The notes beneath the pieces are model-generated. The model saw nothing but the letters and a program-made list of their open reading frames with translations, had not been told where the DNA came from and made no database searches. 64,000 nucleotides of DNA, taken from NCBI GenBank assembly GCA_964609585.1, contig CAZSRA010000005.1:2502-66501 (forward strand), in the 5' to 3' direction. The translations under genes and the position numbers were made by a program. Below are positions 51,260 to 61,425 of the stretch, in pieces (the first letter of the stretch is position 1; every line of letters begins with the position of its first letter). Source of the stretch: an uncultured Candidatus Saccharimonadales bacterium. GTDB lineage: Bacteria; Patescibacteriota; Saccharimonadia; UBA4664.

Positions 51260-51709
51260 TCAGGCCGCTGCGGCAGCGTTGGCGTCGACGATGGCGCGCC
51301 GCCGCTGTGCGGCGGGCGTGAATGGCTGGGCCCCGGGGGACGAAGCGAACTTGAGTCCGTAGCTCGGGGGCCTGCCGATGGTACCGTTGGCGAACACGTA
51401 GCCCTGACCACTCGCCGAACTGGAGAGTGGCACGAGCTGCTCGATACCGGGGCCGAACTCGGGTTGGGACCTGATGGCCCGGCGATTGGGCCTGAGACCG
51501 CGAACGACACCGACGAGCTTGGTGGTTGTGCCCGTCTGGGGCACGGCGAGGGCGACGAACCCGAGCAGGCCGGCCAGGCCGAGCTGTTCGGTCGAGTTGA
51601 ACATGCCGACACCGTACGCGAACGCGCCGATCACTGCTGCGACCAGCCCGAGGAGCATGCTCCCCGAGAACGTGTGCCTGGGTGCCTTGCGGTGAAGCTG
51701 GTGAGCCAT
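51260..51709 (-). CDS. Hypothetical 2-TM protein (cassette, first gene)
   Basis: 149 aa; TGTACA-17-TATGCT at 51789-51817. Confidence 0.62.
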   Translation of the reverse strand: MAHQLHRKAPRHTFSGSMLLGLVAAVIGAFAYGVGMFNSTEQLGLAGLLGFVALAVPQTGTTTKLVGVVRGLRPNRRAIRSQPEFGPGIEQLVPLSSSASGQGYVFANGTIGRPPSYGLKFASSPGAQPFTPAAQRRRAIVDANAAAAA

Positions 51710-51826
51710 GAGACTATTCCTACTTTCAATCCAGTCGGTGTCCGGAGGGTGTTGCTAACCATCGTATCGGACGACGATCATGCGGCGTAGCATAACATTT
51801 TTCAGCTTGTTTGTACAGTTTTTGGG

Positions 51827-52417
51827 TTATAGTTCCGAAACTCTATCTGGGAGCTTGGAGGATTTATTTTCGATGAGTTCAATGATTTCGTCTACTAACG
51901 CGGCCGGGTCGCGACTGAAGATAATGCCGGTGCGGGCGCGTTTGGCGGCTTTGAGGACATGCTCGACTTCGTCGGTCATGCCGCCAGAGCCTAGGAGCAC
52001 GCCGATGGGTTTGCGTTCTTCGATGGCGATGGTGAGCTCGTTGAGTGTACCAATGCGACCACCTACCATAATGACGGCATCGGACGAGCGCACGAGCAAG
52101 AGATTGCGGCCGGTGTATTCGAAGCCGGTGAAGAGAACAGTGTCGAAGACATCAAGGGGGAGTTGGTATTTTTTCACATGCGCGAGGCGGGAAGCGGCGG
52201 GCGAAAAACCAATGGAGGTAATGTCTTTGCCGCCTTCTTCCTTGGCGGCCTTGGCAGCATAGTACGGCAATCCGCGGGTAGCGCCGGTGATCACAAGATG
52301 GCCGCGGCGAACGATTTCTCGAGCGGCGGCGGCGGCCAAGTCTTTTGCCGGTTCTACGCTATCGCCGCGGGCGGCCCCAGAGACGCAAATTTGGTAACGC
52401 AGGTCGTGCTTAGGCAT
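51827..52417 (-). CDS. LOG/SLOG-family nucleotide-binding protein
   Basis: ITGATRGLP, GRNLLLVRSSDAVIMVGGRIGTLNE. Confidence 0.88.
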   Translation of the reverse strand: MPKHDLRYQICVSGAARGDSVEPAKDLAAAAAREIVRRGHLVITGATRGLPYYAAKAAKEEGGKDITSIGFSPAASRLAHVKKYQLPLDVFDTVLFTGFEYTGRNLLLVRSSDAVIMVGGRIGTLNELTIAIEERKPIGVLLGSGGMTDEVEHVLKAAKRARTGIIFSRDPAALVDEIIELIENKSSKLPDRVSEL

Positions 52418-53663
52418 GGCGGGTGAGGATCTCCGGTTTTATGATGGCGTTGTCGAGCTTGTCTAGGAGCTGCGCTTCGAGAACTTTTTCGCCCATGTAG
52501 CGGGCAAAAACTTCGTTCCAGAGGGCTTCGCGGAAATGGTAGAGATAGCGGTCTTCGTAGGTGATGCCGTTGGAATAGCTAAGGCTTAGGTCCATCAGAT
52601 TGAAGGTGACGGTATCGTGAGACGCGCCTTTGAGTACAGCGACGTAGTCGAGGTTTTTCCAAAATTCGAGCTCAGGATCGATGTCATAGAGCACTGCTTC
52701 GGCCCGGCGCCAGTGGAGATCTTCGGGCTGCACATGGGGCTCGAAAATTTCGGGATGCGTCTCATTCGTGAGCTTGCCGAAGTAGCGCTGGATGACGCGC
52801 CAGTGAATGTGGGCGTTGTCGGTGATTTTGACATGGGCAGGATCGGCAATGAGGGTATCGGAAATGATGGCGCCGAAGTTCTTTTTGGTTTGCATGAGCT
52901 TGAAGAATGAGCTGTAGAGGCGGATTTCGTTGTAATAGTGGAAGAGCAGGGGCATAACTTTGAGGGTAACGCCGGTCATATGGGTTTCTTTCATGGGCAT
53001 GACGGCGATGGCGCCCATTTCTTTGGAATGGGTGATGTTGTGGCGCTTTTTGGCAATGAAGTGCTCGGCTACATCGCCCCATTTGCTAAGCGCAAAGGGA
53101 ATCACTTTGATGCGGCGGGGCTCAAAGTCGGCCGGGGTGAGGTCGAGATATTGTTTGTCGAAGTCGTTGAGGAATTCGGGGCTTTCGACGAATCTGAGCG
53201 CCAGGAAGAGTTCAAAGATGTTTTCTTCTTCGAGAAGGCGCGAAACCAGATGGTGGCCGAGGCGGTCCATAATGGCCATGGGGGGCATGCGGCGGAGCAT
53301 GGTTTCGGCGACGCTCTCTTTGAGAAACCAGCCGTCTTTGGGGAGGGGGGCGTTTTCGGCGGCTTTAACGATGAGAGGGATCATTTCGACGAGGCTGGTG
53401 GGGTCGGTGCCACCGATGGCACGGGCCAGGTGATTGTCGTGCTCCCCTACTTGCTTGATGAGAGCGGCGTAGAGCTCGGGACCGGTAGCTGTGGCGGTGA
53501 GTCCGAGCTGTTTGGTGCGGTGAGCTGCGGTTTCGGCAATTTCGGCTGCGAGTTTCACGTCCGTGCCTTTTTGGTGCGACTGAAGTTCGAGCTGATGAAG
53601 GGCGTGGTCGAACAACGGTTCTTTGGCCTGGAGAAATCTGCCAATAGTACTCATTTTAGACAT
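52410..53663 (-). CDS. Conserved hypothetical protein (backbone)
   Basis: 417-aa ORF coupled to LOG gene, backbone codon style; no family recognised. Confidence 0.75.
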   Translation of the reverse strand: MSKMSTIGRFLQAKEPLFDHALHQLELQSHQKGTDVKLAAEIAETAAHRTKQLGLTATATGPELYAALIKQVGEHDNHLARAIGGTDPTSLVEMIPLIVKAAENAPLPKDGWFLKESVAETMLRRMPPMAIMDRLGHHLVSRLLEEENIFELFLALRFVESPEFLNDFDKQYLDLTPADFEPRRIKVIPFALSKWGDVAEHFIAKKRHNITHSKEMGAIAVMPMKETHMTGVTLKVMPLLFHYYNEIRLYSSFFKLMQTKKNFGAIISDTLIADPAHVKITDNAHIHWRVIQRYFGKLTNETHPEIFEPHVQPEDLHWRRAEAVLYDIDPELEFWKNLDYVAVLKGASHDTVTFNLMDLSLSYSNGITYEDRYLYHFREALWNEVFARYMGEKVLEAQLLDKLDNAIIKPEILTRHA

Positions 53664-53694
53664 CCTTTTGTTGGGCTTACATGATGCATGGTTT

Positions 53695-54669
53695 TTAAAC
53701 GAGGTCGCTGATTTTTAACTTCATACGCTTGATGCGGCTCGTGCGGAGAATGCCGGTTTTGGCGCCAATTTGGGCGACCACGCCACTGGCGTTGGCGCTA
53801 CCGAGGCTTAGAGCGTCTTCGATGGCGAGGCCTTTGGCAAGGGCGGCCACAAAGCCGGAACCGAAGGCATCGCCGGCGCCGAGGCGGTCGACAACTTTCA
53901 CCTTTTGGTAAGTGCCGGCTTGGTATAATTTGCGGCCGGCAGCGGCGTAGGAACCGGATGGACCGTTGGTGCCAACGACGTATGGGCAGGTACCGCCAGC
54001 GCGCACAACAGTGTCGTGGAGGTTGTCGCCGCCAAAGAGGATGCGCAGCTCTTCGGCGTTGGCTTTGAGGACGGACACAAGCGGCAGGAGTGCACGGAGT
54101 TTTTTGGTTTGGGCGAGTTCGGCATTACCGGGGTCTAACGCAACCTGGATGCCGTGGTTATTGGCATGCTTGAGGAGCTTGGTGAGCAGGTCCATATTGC
54201 CGGCAAGAGAAGTGATGTAGAACCAATCGGCTTCGAGGGTACGAATGGCAATGTCTTTTGCCTTGAGGTCGTGAGAGGCGCCCCGATGAGTGAGAACGGT
54301 GCGCTCGCCATTGGCATTGAGAAGGATGGTGGAATAGCCGGTGGAAAGACGAGGGTCGGTGACCACGCGGTCCGTGACGACACCTTCGCGGGCGAGGACG
54401 CGCATCACTTCGGCTCCGGCCGGATCATGGCCGATTTTGCCAATGTAGCCGGCTTGCAAGCCTTGGCGGGCGAAGGTAACAGCGGCATTGGTGGCGCCAC
54501 CGCCGGTATCGAAATAGACGTGTTCGACATCAATTTTGGCGCCGAGGGGGAATTGTTCGACATAATCGCGCGTGCGTACATCGCGACGAGCGTGCAAAGC
54601 TTTACCGGTAAGGAAGACATCCTGAGTAGCAGCACCGAATGTGAGAATTTTGGATTTTATATCAGTCAT
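53695..54669 (-). CDS. PfkB-family carbohydrate kinase
   Basis: GGGATNAAVTFARQG, DRLGAGDAFGSGF. Confidence 0.92.
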   Translation of the reverse strand: MTDIKSKILTFGAATQDVFLTGKALHARRDVRTRDYVEQFPLGAKIDVEHVYFDTGGGATNAAVTFARQGLQAGYIGKIGHDPAGAEVMRVLAREGVVTDRVVTDPRLSTGYSTILLNANGERTVLTHRGASHDLKAKDIAIRTLEADWFYITSLAGNMDLLTKLLKHANNHGIQVALDPGNAELAQTKKLRALLPLVSVLKANAEELRILFGGDNLHDTVVRAGGTCPYVVGTNGPSGSYAAAGRKLYQAGTYQKVKVVDRLGAGDAFGSGFVAALAKGLAIEDALSLGSANASGVVAQIGAKTGILRTSRIKRMKLKISDLV

Positions 54670-54734
54670 TACATCTGATGATAGCAGTTATGGTTTGGGA
54701 ATGGTACTACCCCGTGCTTTGACGTATTTTTATT

Positions 54735-55619
54735 TCAAGCGGCTTTGCCGGCCGAGCCAAACACTTCCATCTTGTGCTCAACCACGGCTTGAACGGCTGC
54801 AACGACTTCAGGCATAAGCTTGACGACCGCAAATTCGGTGGGGTGATCTGCTAGGACCTTTTCCAGCGTGGTACGGAAGGCGCGGCGCATTTCGGAGTTG
54901 ATATTGATTTTGCTAATGCCACGTTCGACGGCCCCACGAAACTGCTCGTCTGGGGTACCGGAACCGCCATGAAGGCTAAGGTAGCCGGGGGCAGCAGCTC
55001 GAATTGTGGCGAGAAGGTCTAGGTCGAGCTGTTTCGGGACGGGATAGAGGCCGTGGAGGTTGCCGATTGCGACGGCATAGGTGTCGATGCCTGTGGCTTT
55101 AATGAACTTGACTGACTCCTCGGGAGTGGAGAAGGTTTTGCGAATCTCGTCGTAATCGATGGCTTCGGTGTGAACATTGGAGGAACCACCAAAATAGTGA
55201 GGCTCACTTTCTACCAATGCGCCCGTGGTTTTGGCGTATTCGACCACCTCTTTGGTGGCGGCAATGATTTCTTCGTCGCTGGCGTCTTTTTTTGCCTGGG
55301 AAAGATCCATGTGGATAAATTCAAAACCGGCATCGATACCAGCTTTGGCAGCCTCGATGCTCGGGCTGTGGTCGAGGTTTATGAACATTTGAAGGTCGTA
55401 TTCGAGTTTGTAATTGTCGACGAGGCATCGAATGTTGTGAAGCCCCATGGCGTCTACTTCGCCCTGGCTAACTTCTACGAGGACGGGGCTTTTTTTGGCA
55501 GCAGCGGCTTTTGCGACCGCAATGAGCGTTTCTTGATTGTCGATATTGAAGGCCCCGAGGGCAAATTTTTCTTGTTTGGTGCGAGCGTAGAGTTCGCGGG
55601 CAGCTTCAATGTTGGTCAT
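54735..55619 (-). CDS. fba: Class II fructose-bisphosphate aldolase
   Basis: GAFNIDN, NLDH, IGNLHG, LHGGSG, KININS; start ATG 55619. Confidence 0.92.
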   Translation of the reverse strand: MTNIEAARELYARTKQEKFALGAFNIDNQETLIAVAKAAAAKKSPVLVEVSQGEVDAMGLHNIRCLVDNYKLEYDLQMFINLDHSPSIEAAKAGIDAGFEFIHMDLSQAKKDASDEEIIAATKEVVEYAKTTGALVESEPHYFGGSSNVHTEAIDYDEIRKTFSTPEESVKFIKATGIDTYAVAIGNLHGLYPVPKQLDLDLLATIRAAAPGYLSLHGGSGTPDEQFRGAVERGISKININSEMRRAFRTTLEKVLADHPTEFAVVKLMPEVVAAVQAVVEHKMEVFGSAGKAA

Positions 55620-55663
55620 GATGAGAGTCTCGCTTATGGTTGGTATTGTGGCAGGTCGGGTGG

Positions 55664-56077
55664 TTATTTGGCAAACCGACGCCCCGCGGCCAGGCTTATC
55701 ACGTAGATGAGGCCATAACACAGGTACAGTACGAAGGTGAGTAAGGCGACGTCGGTGCGGTTATGAATGTGCCCGGCGGCGAGTCGAACAATTACTTGAG
55801 CCGAGGCAAGCCCGAGCACTACGGCCATCCCGGTGGAAACGAGGGTACCTTTGCCAAAATGACGCAGTAGCACGAGAGATAATACGAGTATTCCAAGTCC
55901 ATAGACGGCGCCTGTAACGACGAGGCCGCTGGCGATTGCGAGGCCATTATTTTTCATGGCTGGCAGCAATGCGCTCGCACGACCGCTGAGCCAGAAGGCG
56001 GCCATGCCGGCGGCGAAGGTTAGAAAATAGGTGGTATCGGAGGCCATAAGAATTCGACTAGAACGGGCGGCGGCCAT
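55664..56077 (-). CDS. Hypothetical 4-TM membrane protein
   Basis: 137-aa hydrophobic ORF filling the gap. Confidence 0.6.
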   Translation of the reverse strand: MAAARSSRILMASDTTYFLTFAAGMAAFWLSGRASALLPAMKNNGLAIASGLVVTGAVYGLGILVLSLVLLRHFGKGTLVSTGMAVVLGLASAQVIVRLAAGHIHNRTDVALLTFVLYLCYGLIYVISLAAGRRFAK

Positions 56078-56109
56078 GCATGATCCTCGTTTATTACAAT
56101 GAGGTTACT

Positions 56110-57096
56110 TTACCCCTTACGCTTCAATAAATCGAGCGCTTTTTTTGCTATGTGGGGCGCTGTGAGGCCAAAATACTCGAGAAGTTCGGCGGGCGCGCCC
56201 GATTCTCCAAACCGGTCGAGCATGCCGATACGCGCCATGGGAACGGGATGATGATCGGCTAGCGTTTCAGCCACGGCGCCACCGAGGCCGCCCGCGATTT
56301 GACCCTCTTCTGCCGTGAGGACGGCGCCAGTTTTGCGAGCACTGGCGACGATGGTGACGGTGTCGAGCGGCTTTACGACGGCGGCGTTGATGACTTCAAC
56401 CTCAATCCCCTTTTTGCTCAGGGCCTCGGCAGCTACCAGGGCCTGATAAACCATGGTGCCGCAGGCCACGATGGTGAGGTCTTTACCGAGACGTAGTACT
56501 TGGGCTTTGGATAGGGAGAAGGGTGAATTTTGGGTCGTAATGACGGGTGATTTTTCGCGAGCAAGGCGAAGGTAAGCGGGGCCATAATGGCCGGCGATGG
56601 TGTGGGTGGCTTTTTCGGCTTCGACGGCATCGGCCGGGACTATTACGATCATATTCGGCAAAACGCGCATGAGCGCGATGTCTTCGAGCATCTGGTGGGT
56701 GGCGCCGTCGGGGCCAACCGAAACACCGGCGTGAGAGCCGACGATTTTGACATTGGTGTCGTTGAGGCAAATGGTAGTGCGGATTTGCTCCCAGTTGCGA
56801 CCGGGAGAAAAGGCGGCGTAACTCGAGACAAACGGGGTTTTGCCAGCAAGAGCCATGCCGGCAGCCACGGTAACGAGATTTTGCTCTGCCACCCCGATTT
56901 CTACAAAACGCTCGGGGTAGCTTTTGGCAAATTCGATCATACGGGTGGATTCGGTGAGGTCGGCGCAGAGGGCGACTACGTTTTTATTGGTGTGAGCAAC
57001 GCCAACGAGGCCTCGGCCAAAACCTAGGCGAATGGCTTCTTGTTTTACTTCGGCCGAGAAGAGGTCGGGAGTGAGATATTGTTTGGGCTCAATCAT
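56110..57096 (-). CDS. Transketolase, C-terminal (pyrimidine-binding) subunit
   Basis: GVAEQN, GPDGATHQ, YLRLAR, KPLD, DRFGESG. Confidence 0.94.
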   Translation of the reverse strand: MIEPKQYLTPDLFSAEVKQEAIRLGFGRGLVGVAHTNKNVVALCADLTESTRMIEFAKSYPERFVEIGVAEQNLVTVAAGMALAGKTPFVSSYAAFSPGRNWEQIRTTICLNDTNVKIVGSHAGVSVGPDGATHQMLEDIALMRVLPNMIVIVPADAVEAEKATHTIAGHYGPAYLRLAREKSPVITTQNSPFSLSKAQVLRLGKDLTIVACGTMVYQALVAAEALSKKGIEVEVINAAVVKPLDTVTIVASARKTGAVLTAEEGQIAGGLGGAVAETLADHHPVPMARIGMLDRFGESGAPAELLEYFGLTAPHIAKKALDLLKRKG

Positions 57097-57287
57097 GGTT
57101 TAATGATACGGCTTGTGCCTGAAATCTCAAAACGCTTATGCGACGTGATTCGACGGGAGGTGCGGTTTAAACGAGGCATATTTCAAACTCCTAATAAGTG
57201 CACAACTAGTTTTTGTGCTGTCGGCGGGCCCGGCACCAGCGCCCGAAGGCACTGGCGCCGGGGGATCGATGACGAAGGGACTGTCGA

Positions 57288-57884
57288 CTAGTCGAGTGAC
57301 AGGCCATAGCGATGAAGGGCGATCGGGACGAAGACTCTCATGACCCAGTCTGCACTCTCGGTCCGCTCCTTGCTCTCCGGGTCCAACCCAGTGACGACCG
57401 TGGCCGTTCGCTCCCATCCGAAACGAGCACAGATGATTCGGATGATCACGGGGATCATGTCTTCAGCGATCTTGCAGCTGAAGTAGTCCGTGAAGCCGAG
57501 CTCGTCTCCGGGTTCCACCCAGATGACTTCGACTTCCTCGGCATCAGGATCCTCGTGCCAAAGCACGGAGTCCGCACCCGGCCTCTGCTGTTGGATCCAG
57601 GTCACCAGGTGGGACAGCGAGAGGCTGCCGCCTGACACCGGGACCAGCTCCATCTTCATCCCGAGCGGATCCGCCTCGTTGAGACCAGAGAACCAGATGG
57701 CCACTCCGTGATTTGCTCTCACGACCGCCTGGATCAGTTTGATCAGCTTGAGATCTGCCACGCCCCCGGGGAGTCCGAAGCTGACTTCGTACTGGTCCGG
57801 AGCTGTAGGGTCCTGGCCGCTGAGGTCCTCCACCTCGATGATGTGCTCGGGCTCGACGGTGGGGTTGTTGCCGTCATTGGTCAC
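57288..57884 (-). CDS. Hypothetical acidic protein (cassette gene)
   Basis: GGAG SD before GTG; GC-rich codons; hairpin at about 57229-57262. Confidence 0.7.
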   Translation of the reverse strand: MTNDGNNPTVEPEHIIEVEDLSGQDPTAPDQYEVSFGLPGGVADLKLIKLIQAVVRANHGVAIWFSGLNEADPLGMKMELVPVSGGSLSLSHLVTWIQQQRPGADSVLWHEDPDAEEVEVIWVEPGDELGFTDYFSCKIAEDMIPVIIRIICARFGWERTATVVTGLDPESKERTESADWVMRVFVPIALHRYGLSLD

Positions 57885-57963
57885 GATTTCTCCGATATCT
57901 AAGCTTGGGTCCTTCCCAAGCCCGACCGAGACAGTTTAGGGGAATTTACGAATTATGTAAATT

Positions 57964-58287
57964 CTACAGGGGGAGTTCGGGATACATGGTCCTGATTAGG
58001 ATATAGGTTGCAAGCTGCAGGAGCAGGAATCCACCAATGACGATTGCAATGGTAATCCATTTGACGAGCGATCGGCGATTGACTGGAACAACATGGCGCA
58101 CTAGAGCATAAATGTCGGCGACGGCGGCGATAGTGGTCAAGATGACGGGAATGAAAAGAAACGGTACAAAGGCGAGTCCAGCCGCCCCGCAACCGGTGCT
58201 CGGACAGCTCGTGTAAACGAATGCGAAGAAACCGATCCACGCTGCAACGGCTAGAAGGTTTAGGATGATGAGTGTTTTTTTCTTCAC
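57964..58287 (-). CDS. Hypothetical 3-TM membrane protein
   Basis: 107 aa starting 3 nt after the transketolase N-subunit stop. Confidence 0.6.
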   Translation of the reverse strand: MKKKTLIILNLLAVAAWIGFFAFVYTSCPSTGCGAAGLAFVPFLFIPVILTTIAAVADIYALVRHVVPVNRRSLVKWITIAIVIGGFLLLQLATYILIRTMYPELPL

Positions 58288-58290
58288 CGA

Positions 58291-59163
58291 TTATTCGTGT
58301 TCGCTACGGATCCTGCCGCCGAGGGTGCGGAGTTCGTGGAGAGCGATGCGAGCTTGGTCGGCTTTGGGTGGGGCGCCGGGCGGCTCGATGGTACCGGGTG
58401 GGTTGCCGTGCCAATGGTAGTCATTTTCCATGTAATCGACACCCCGGCCCGGAATAGTGTGGGCGATAATGGCAACAGGCAGATTGGAGATGGATTTGGC
58501 GAGGCCTGTGGCATCGATGATGGCCTGGAAGTTGTGGCCGTCGATTTCGATGACGTACCAGCCAAAGGCGGCGAATTTGGCGGCGAGGTTGCCGAGGGGC
58601 ATGACCGTGTCGGTGGGGCCGTCGATCTGGATATTGTTGCGGTCGATGATGGCGGTGAGGTTCGAGAGTTTATTTTTGGCAGCAAACATGACAGCTTCCC
58701 AAATGTTGCCTTCGTCGAGCTCGCCGTCGCCCGTAATTACATAGACGTGACTGCGCGAACCGTCCATACGCAAAGCCAGGGCGTGGCCGGCAGCTTGACT
58801 TATGCCTGAACCAAGCGGGCCCGAAGTGGATTCGAGGCCGGGCAGACGCAAGCGTTCCGGGTGACCCTGGAGACGCGAGCCGAATTTGCGCAAGGTTCCC
58901 AACTCTTTGACCGGGAAATAGCCGGCGCGAGCCATGGTGGCATAGCGCACCGGTACGCAGTGGCCATTGGAAAGGAAAAGGCGGTCACGCTCAGGCCAAT
59001 CGGGCTCTTTCGGGCGATGGTTGAGGATTTCGAAATAGAGTGCGGTAAATATGTCGGCGAGACCGAGTGGGCCAGCACTGTGCCCGCTCCCAGCCTCTAC
59101 GAGCATCTTGATGATGTCTTCGCGGATTTGCTCGGCTTGGAGTTCGAGTTGCTTATGGGTCAT
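58291..59163 (-). CDS. Transketolase, N-terminal (TPP-binding) subunit
   Basis: AGSGH, LSNGH, LQGHP, GDGELDEG...N, IDGH. Confidence 0.94.
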   Translation of the reverse strand: MTHKQLELQAEQIREDIIKMLVEAGSGHSAGPLGLADIFTALYFEILNHRPKEPDWPERDRLFLSNGHCVPVRYATMARAGYFPVKELGTLRKFGSRLQGHPERLRLPGLESTSGPLGSGISQAAGHALALRMDGSRSHVYVITGDGELDEGNIWEAVMFAAKNKLSNLTAIIDRNNIQIDGPTDTVMPLGNLAAKFAAFGWYVIEIDGHNFQAIIDATGLAKSISNLPVAIIAHTIPGRGVDYMENDYHWHGNPPGTIEPPGAPPKADQARIALHELRTLGGRIRSEHE

Positions 59164-59208
59164 GGTTAGAGCATAACTGGTTTTGGCGGTTTTGGGGAGA
59201 GTGGTTTG

Positions 59209-59847
59209 CTAACTTGTGCCTTCGGCGATAGACTGAACGGCAATATAGGCGATCTCAGGATCGGCGGCGTCGTGAATGAAGCTGCCAACGTCCAGGAGAT
59301 TGGCGCCGGCTTCGACAGCGAGACGGCTGGTTTCTTGGTTTAAACCACCGTCGACGCCGATCTCGAGATCGGGATTAATGGCTTTGGCTTGGGCAATTTT
59401 TTCGAGACAGTCGGCGCGGAATTCACCGCCGTTGTGGCCAAGACGCCCGGTAAAAACAAGAAGATGGTGGACGGTGGGCAACATGTCGCGGACTTGCTCG
59501 ATGGTGGTCTCCACGTTAACGGCGAGGCCGACTTGGATATCCATTTCGCGCAGCGTTTTGAAAAAGGCTTCGTGGTCGAAGGGGGCTTCAAAATGGGTGA
59601 TCACGAGGCGAGGCTGGAGGCTGATGATATCTTCGATTTGGCTTTCAGGATGGGTCATCATGAGGTGGAGGTCGAAGGGGACGCCGTCGATGTCGTAGAC
59701 CTGACTAAGTCCAATAGTTTTGACCTCGGTGAAGACGCCATCGCCCACATCGATATGTAGGCGGGTGGCAAAGGGTTTCACGTTGTCGATGCGACGAGCG
59801 TAGTCTTCGGGGGTGGTGGCGTTAATAGTGGGCGCGACGCTAGCCAT
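59209..59847 (-). CDS. rpe: Ribulose-phosphate 3-epimerase
   Basis: LHIDVGDG, DLHLM, VDGG. Confidence 0.9.
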   Translation of the reverse strand: MASVAPTINATTPEDYARRIDNVKPFATRLHIDVGDGVFTEVKTIGLSQVYDIDGVPFDLHLMMTHPESQIEDIISLQPRLVITHFEAPFDHEAFFKTLREMDIQVGLAVNVETTIEQVRDMLPTVHHLLVFTGRLGHNGGEFRADCLEKIAQAKAINPDLEIGVDGGLNQETSRLAVEAGANLLDVGSFIHDAADPEIAYIAVQSIAEGTS

Positions 59848-60286
59848 AGAGTTCCTCGATTTGATCGAGGCGTTTTTGATATTTGGGATTTTTTGAGAAT
59901 TCGGTTTTGAGCCAGGCGTCGACGGCGGCGAGGCAGGTGTCTTGGTCGGTATAGCTTGGTGCCAGTACGAGTACGTTCACATTGTCGTCGCGACGAGCGT
60001 GGACGGCGGTGTCTTCGTTCCAGGCGATGGCGGCGCGAATGCCACCTACACGGTTGGCGGCTATGGCCATACCCTGACCGGATTTGCAGATGAGGATGCC
60101 GAGGTCGTCATCCTCTCCTCCGAGCAATTTGGCCGTGACGGCGTAGGCGTACTGCGGGTAGTCGTCGAGCGCATCGTAAGTGCGAGCCCCCACATCCTCG
60201 ACCTCATAGCCCGAGTGGGCGAGATGTTCGCGTAAGACGTTCTTGAGTTCATAGCCGCCGTGATCGGCGCCGAGGTAGATCTTCAT
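59840..60286 (-). CDS. rpiB: Ribose-5-phosphate isomerase B
   Basis: GADHGG, DDYP, CKSGQGMAIAANR. Confidence 0.92.
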   Translation of the reverse strand: MKIYLGADHGGYELKNVLREHLAHSGYEVEDVGARTYDALDDYPQYAYAVTAKLLGGEDDDLGILICKSGQGMAIAANRVGGIRAAIAWNEDTAVHARRDDNVNVLVLAPSYTDQDTCLAAVDAWLKTEFSKNPKYQKRLDQIEELYG

Positions 60287-60292
60287 GGATTC

Positions 60293-61303
60293 TTAAGCGA
60301 TCGTTTTGCCGACATTGACGACGTTTTCGATTAGGCGGTTGGAGTAGCCCCATTCGTTGTCGTACCAGACAACCACCTTGAGGAGATTGCCGCCTACGAC
60401 GTTGGTGAGGGCAAGGTCGACGATACCAGAGTGGGGATTGCCGATGAAGTCGGAGCTTACGAGGGGCTCATCGGTGGTGTCGAGGATGCCTTGGAAGCGG
60501 TCTTCTTTGGTGGCAGCAACGAGAGCAGCATTAACTTCATCTTTGGTGACATCTTTGCTCGTAACAAAGGTGAAATCGCTCAAGGATACAACGGATGTGG
60601 GGACGCGAACCGAGAGAGCGTCAAATTTGCTCTTGAGGGCCGGGAAAGCCTTTGCGGCAGCAGTAGCGGCACCGCTGGAAGTGGGGACAATGTTTTCGGC
60701 GGCATTGCGGCCTTCGCGCTTGTCTTTGTTGGGTGCGTCCTGGAGCGCTTGGCTGGCGGTATAGCTGTGGACGGTGGTCATCATGGCTTTTTCGATGCCA
60801 AATTTCTCTTCGATGACAACGGCCACGGGCGTGATGCAGTTGGTGGTGCAGGAAGCGTTTGAGACCACTGCGTCGCTGGCGCTAAGATCACCTTCGTTGA
60901 CGCCGATCACGAAGGTACCGACGCCTTCACCCTTGGCGGGACCCGAGATCACTACGCGTTTGGCACCGGCGGTGAGGTGCTTGGAGGCGTCTTCGACTTT
61001 GGTAAAGCGGCCGGTGGATTCAATGACGACATCGACTTCGAGCTCTTTCCAGGGCAACAGCGCCGGGTCTTTCTCGGCGGTAACGCGGATTTTTTTGCCG
61101 TCAACGATGAGGTGGCCCTCATCGAAGCCGACTTCTTGGTGATAAGTGCCATAGTTTGAATCGTGCTTGAGGAGGTAGGCTAGGGTGTCGGTTGACGTAA
61201 TGTCGTTGATGGCGACAACTTCGAGCTCTGCATTTTGCTCTGCGATCTTGAATGCGTTGCGGCCGATACGTCCGAAACCGTTGATGGCGACTTTGTAGGT
61301 CAT
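60293..61303 (-). CDS. gap: Glyceraldehyde-3-phosphate dehydrogenase, type I
   Basis: GFGRIGR, SNASCTTNC, WYDNEWGYS. Confidence 0.97.
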   Translation of the reverse strand: MTYKVAINGFGRIGRNAFKIAEQNAELEVVAINDITSTDTLAYLLKHDSNYGTYHQEVGFDEGHLIVDGKKIRVTAEKDPALLPWKELEVDVVIESTGRFTKVEDASKHLTAGAKRVVISGPAKGEGVGTFVIGVNEGDLSASDAVVSNASCTTNCITPVAVVIEEKFGIEKAMMTTVHSYTASQALQDAPNKDKREGRNAAENIVPTSSGAATAAAKAFPALKSKFDALSVRVPTSVVSLSDFTFVTSKDVTKDEVNAALVAATKEDRFQGILDTTDEPLVSSDFIGNPHSGIVDLALTNVVGGNLLKVVVWYDNEWGYSNRLIENVVNVGKTIA

Positions 61304-61425
61304 ATTTGGGGTTCACCTGATTAGTTACTTTAACAATAGGAGGTTATGGGCGCGGGGGCAAGTCGTTTTGACATGAGGTATAATGGCTGGGTCCAAACGC
61401 CCTATCCCTAGAAGGGATTTTAACT

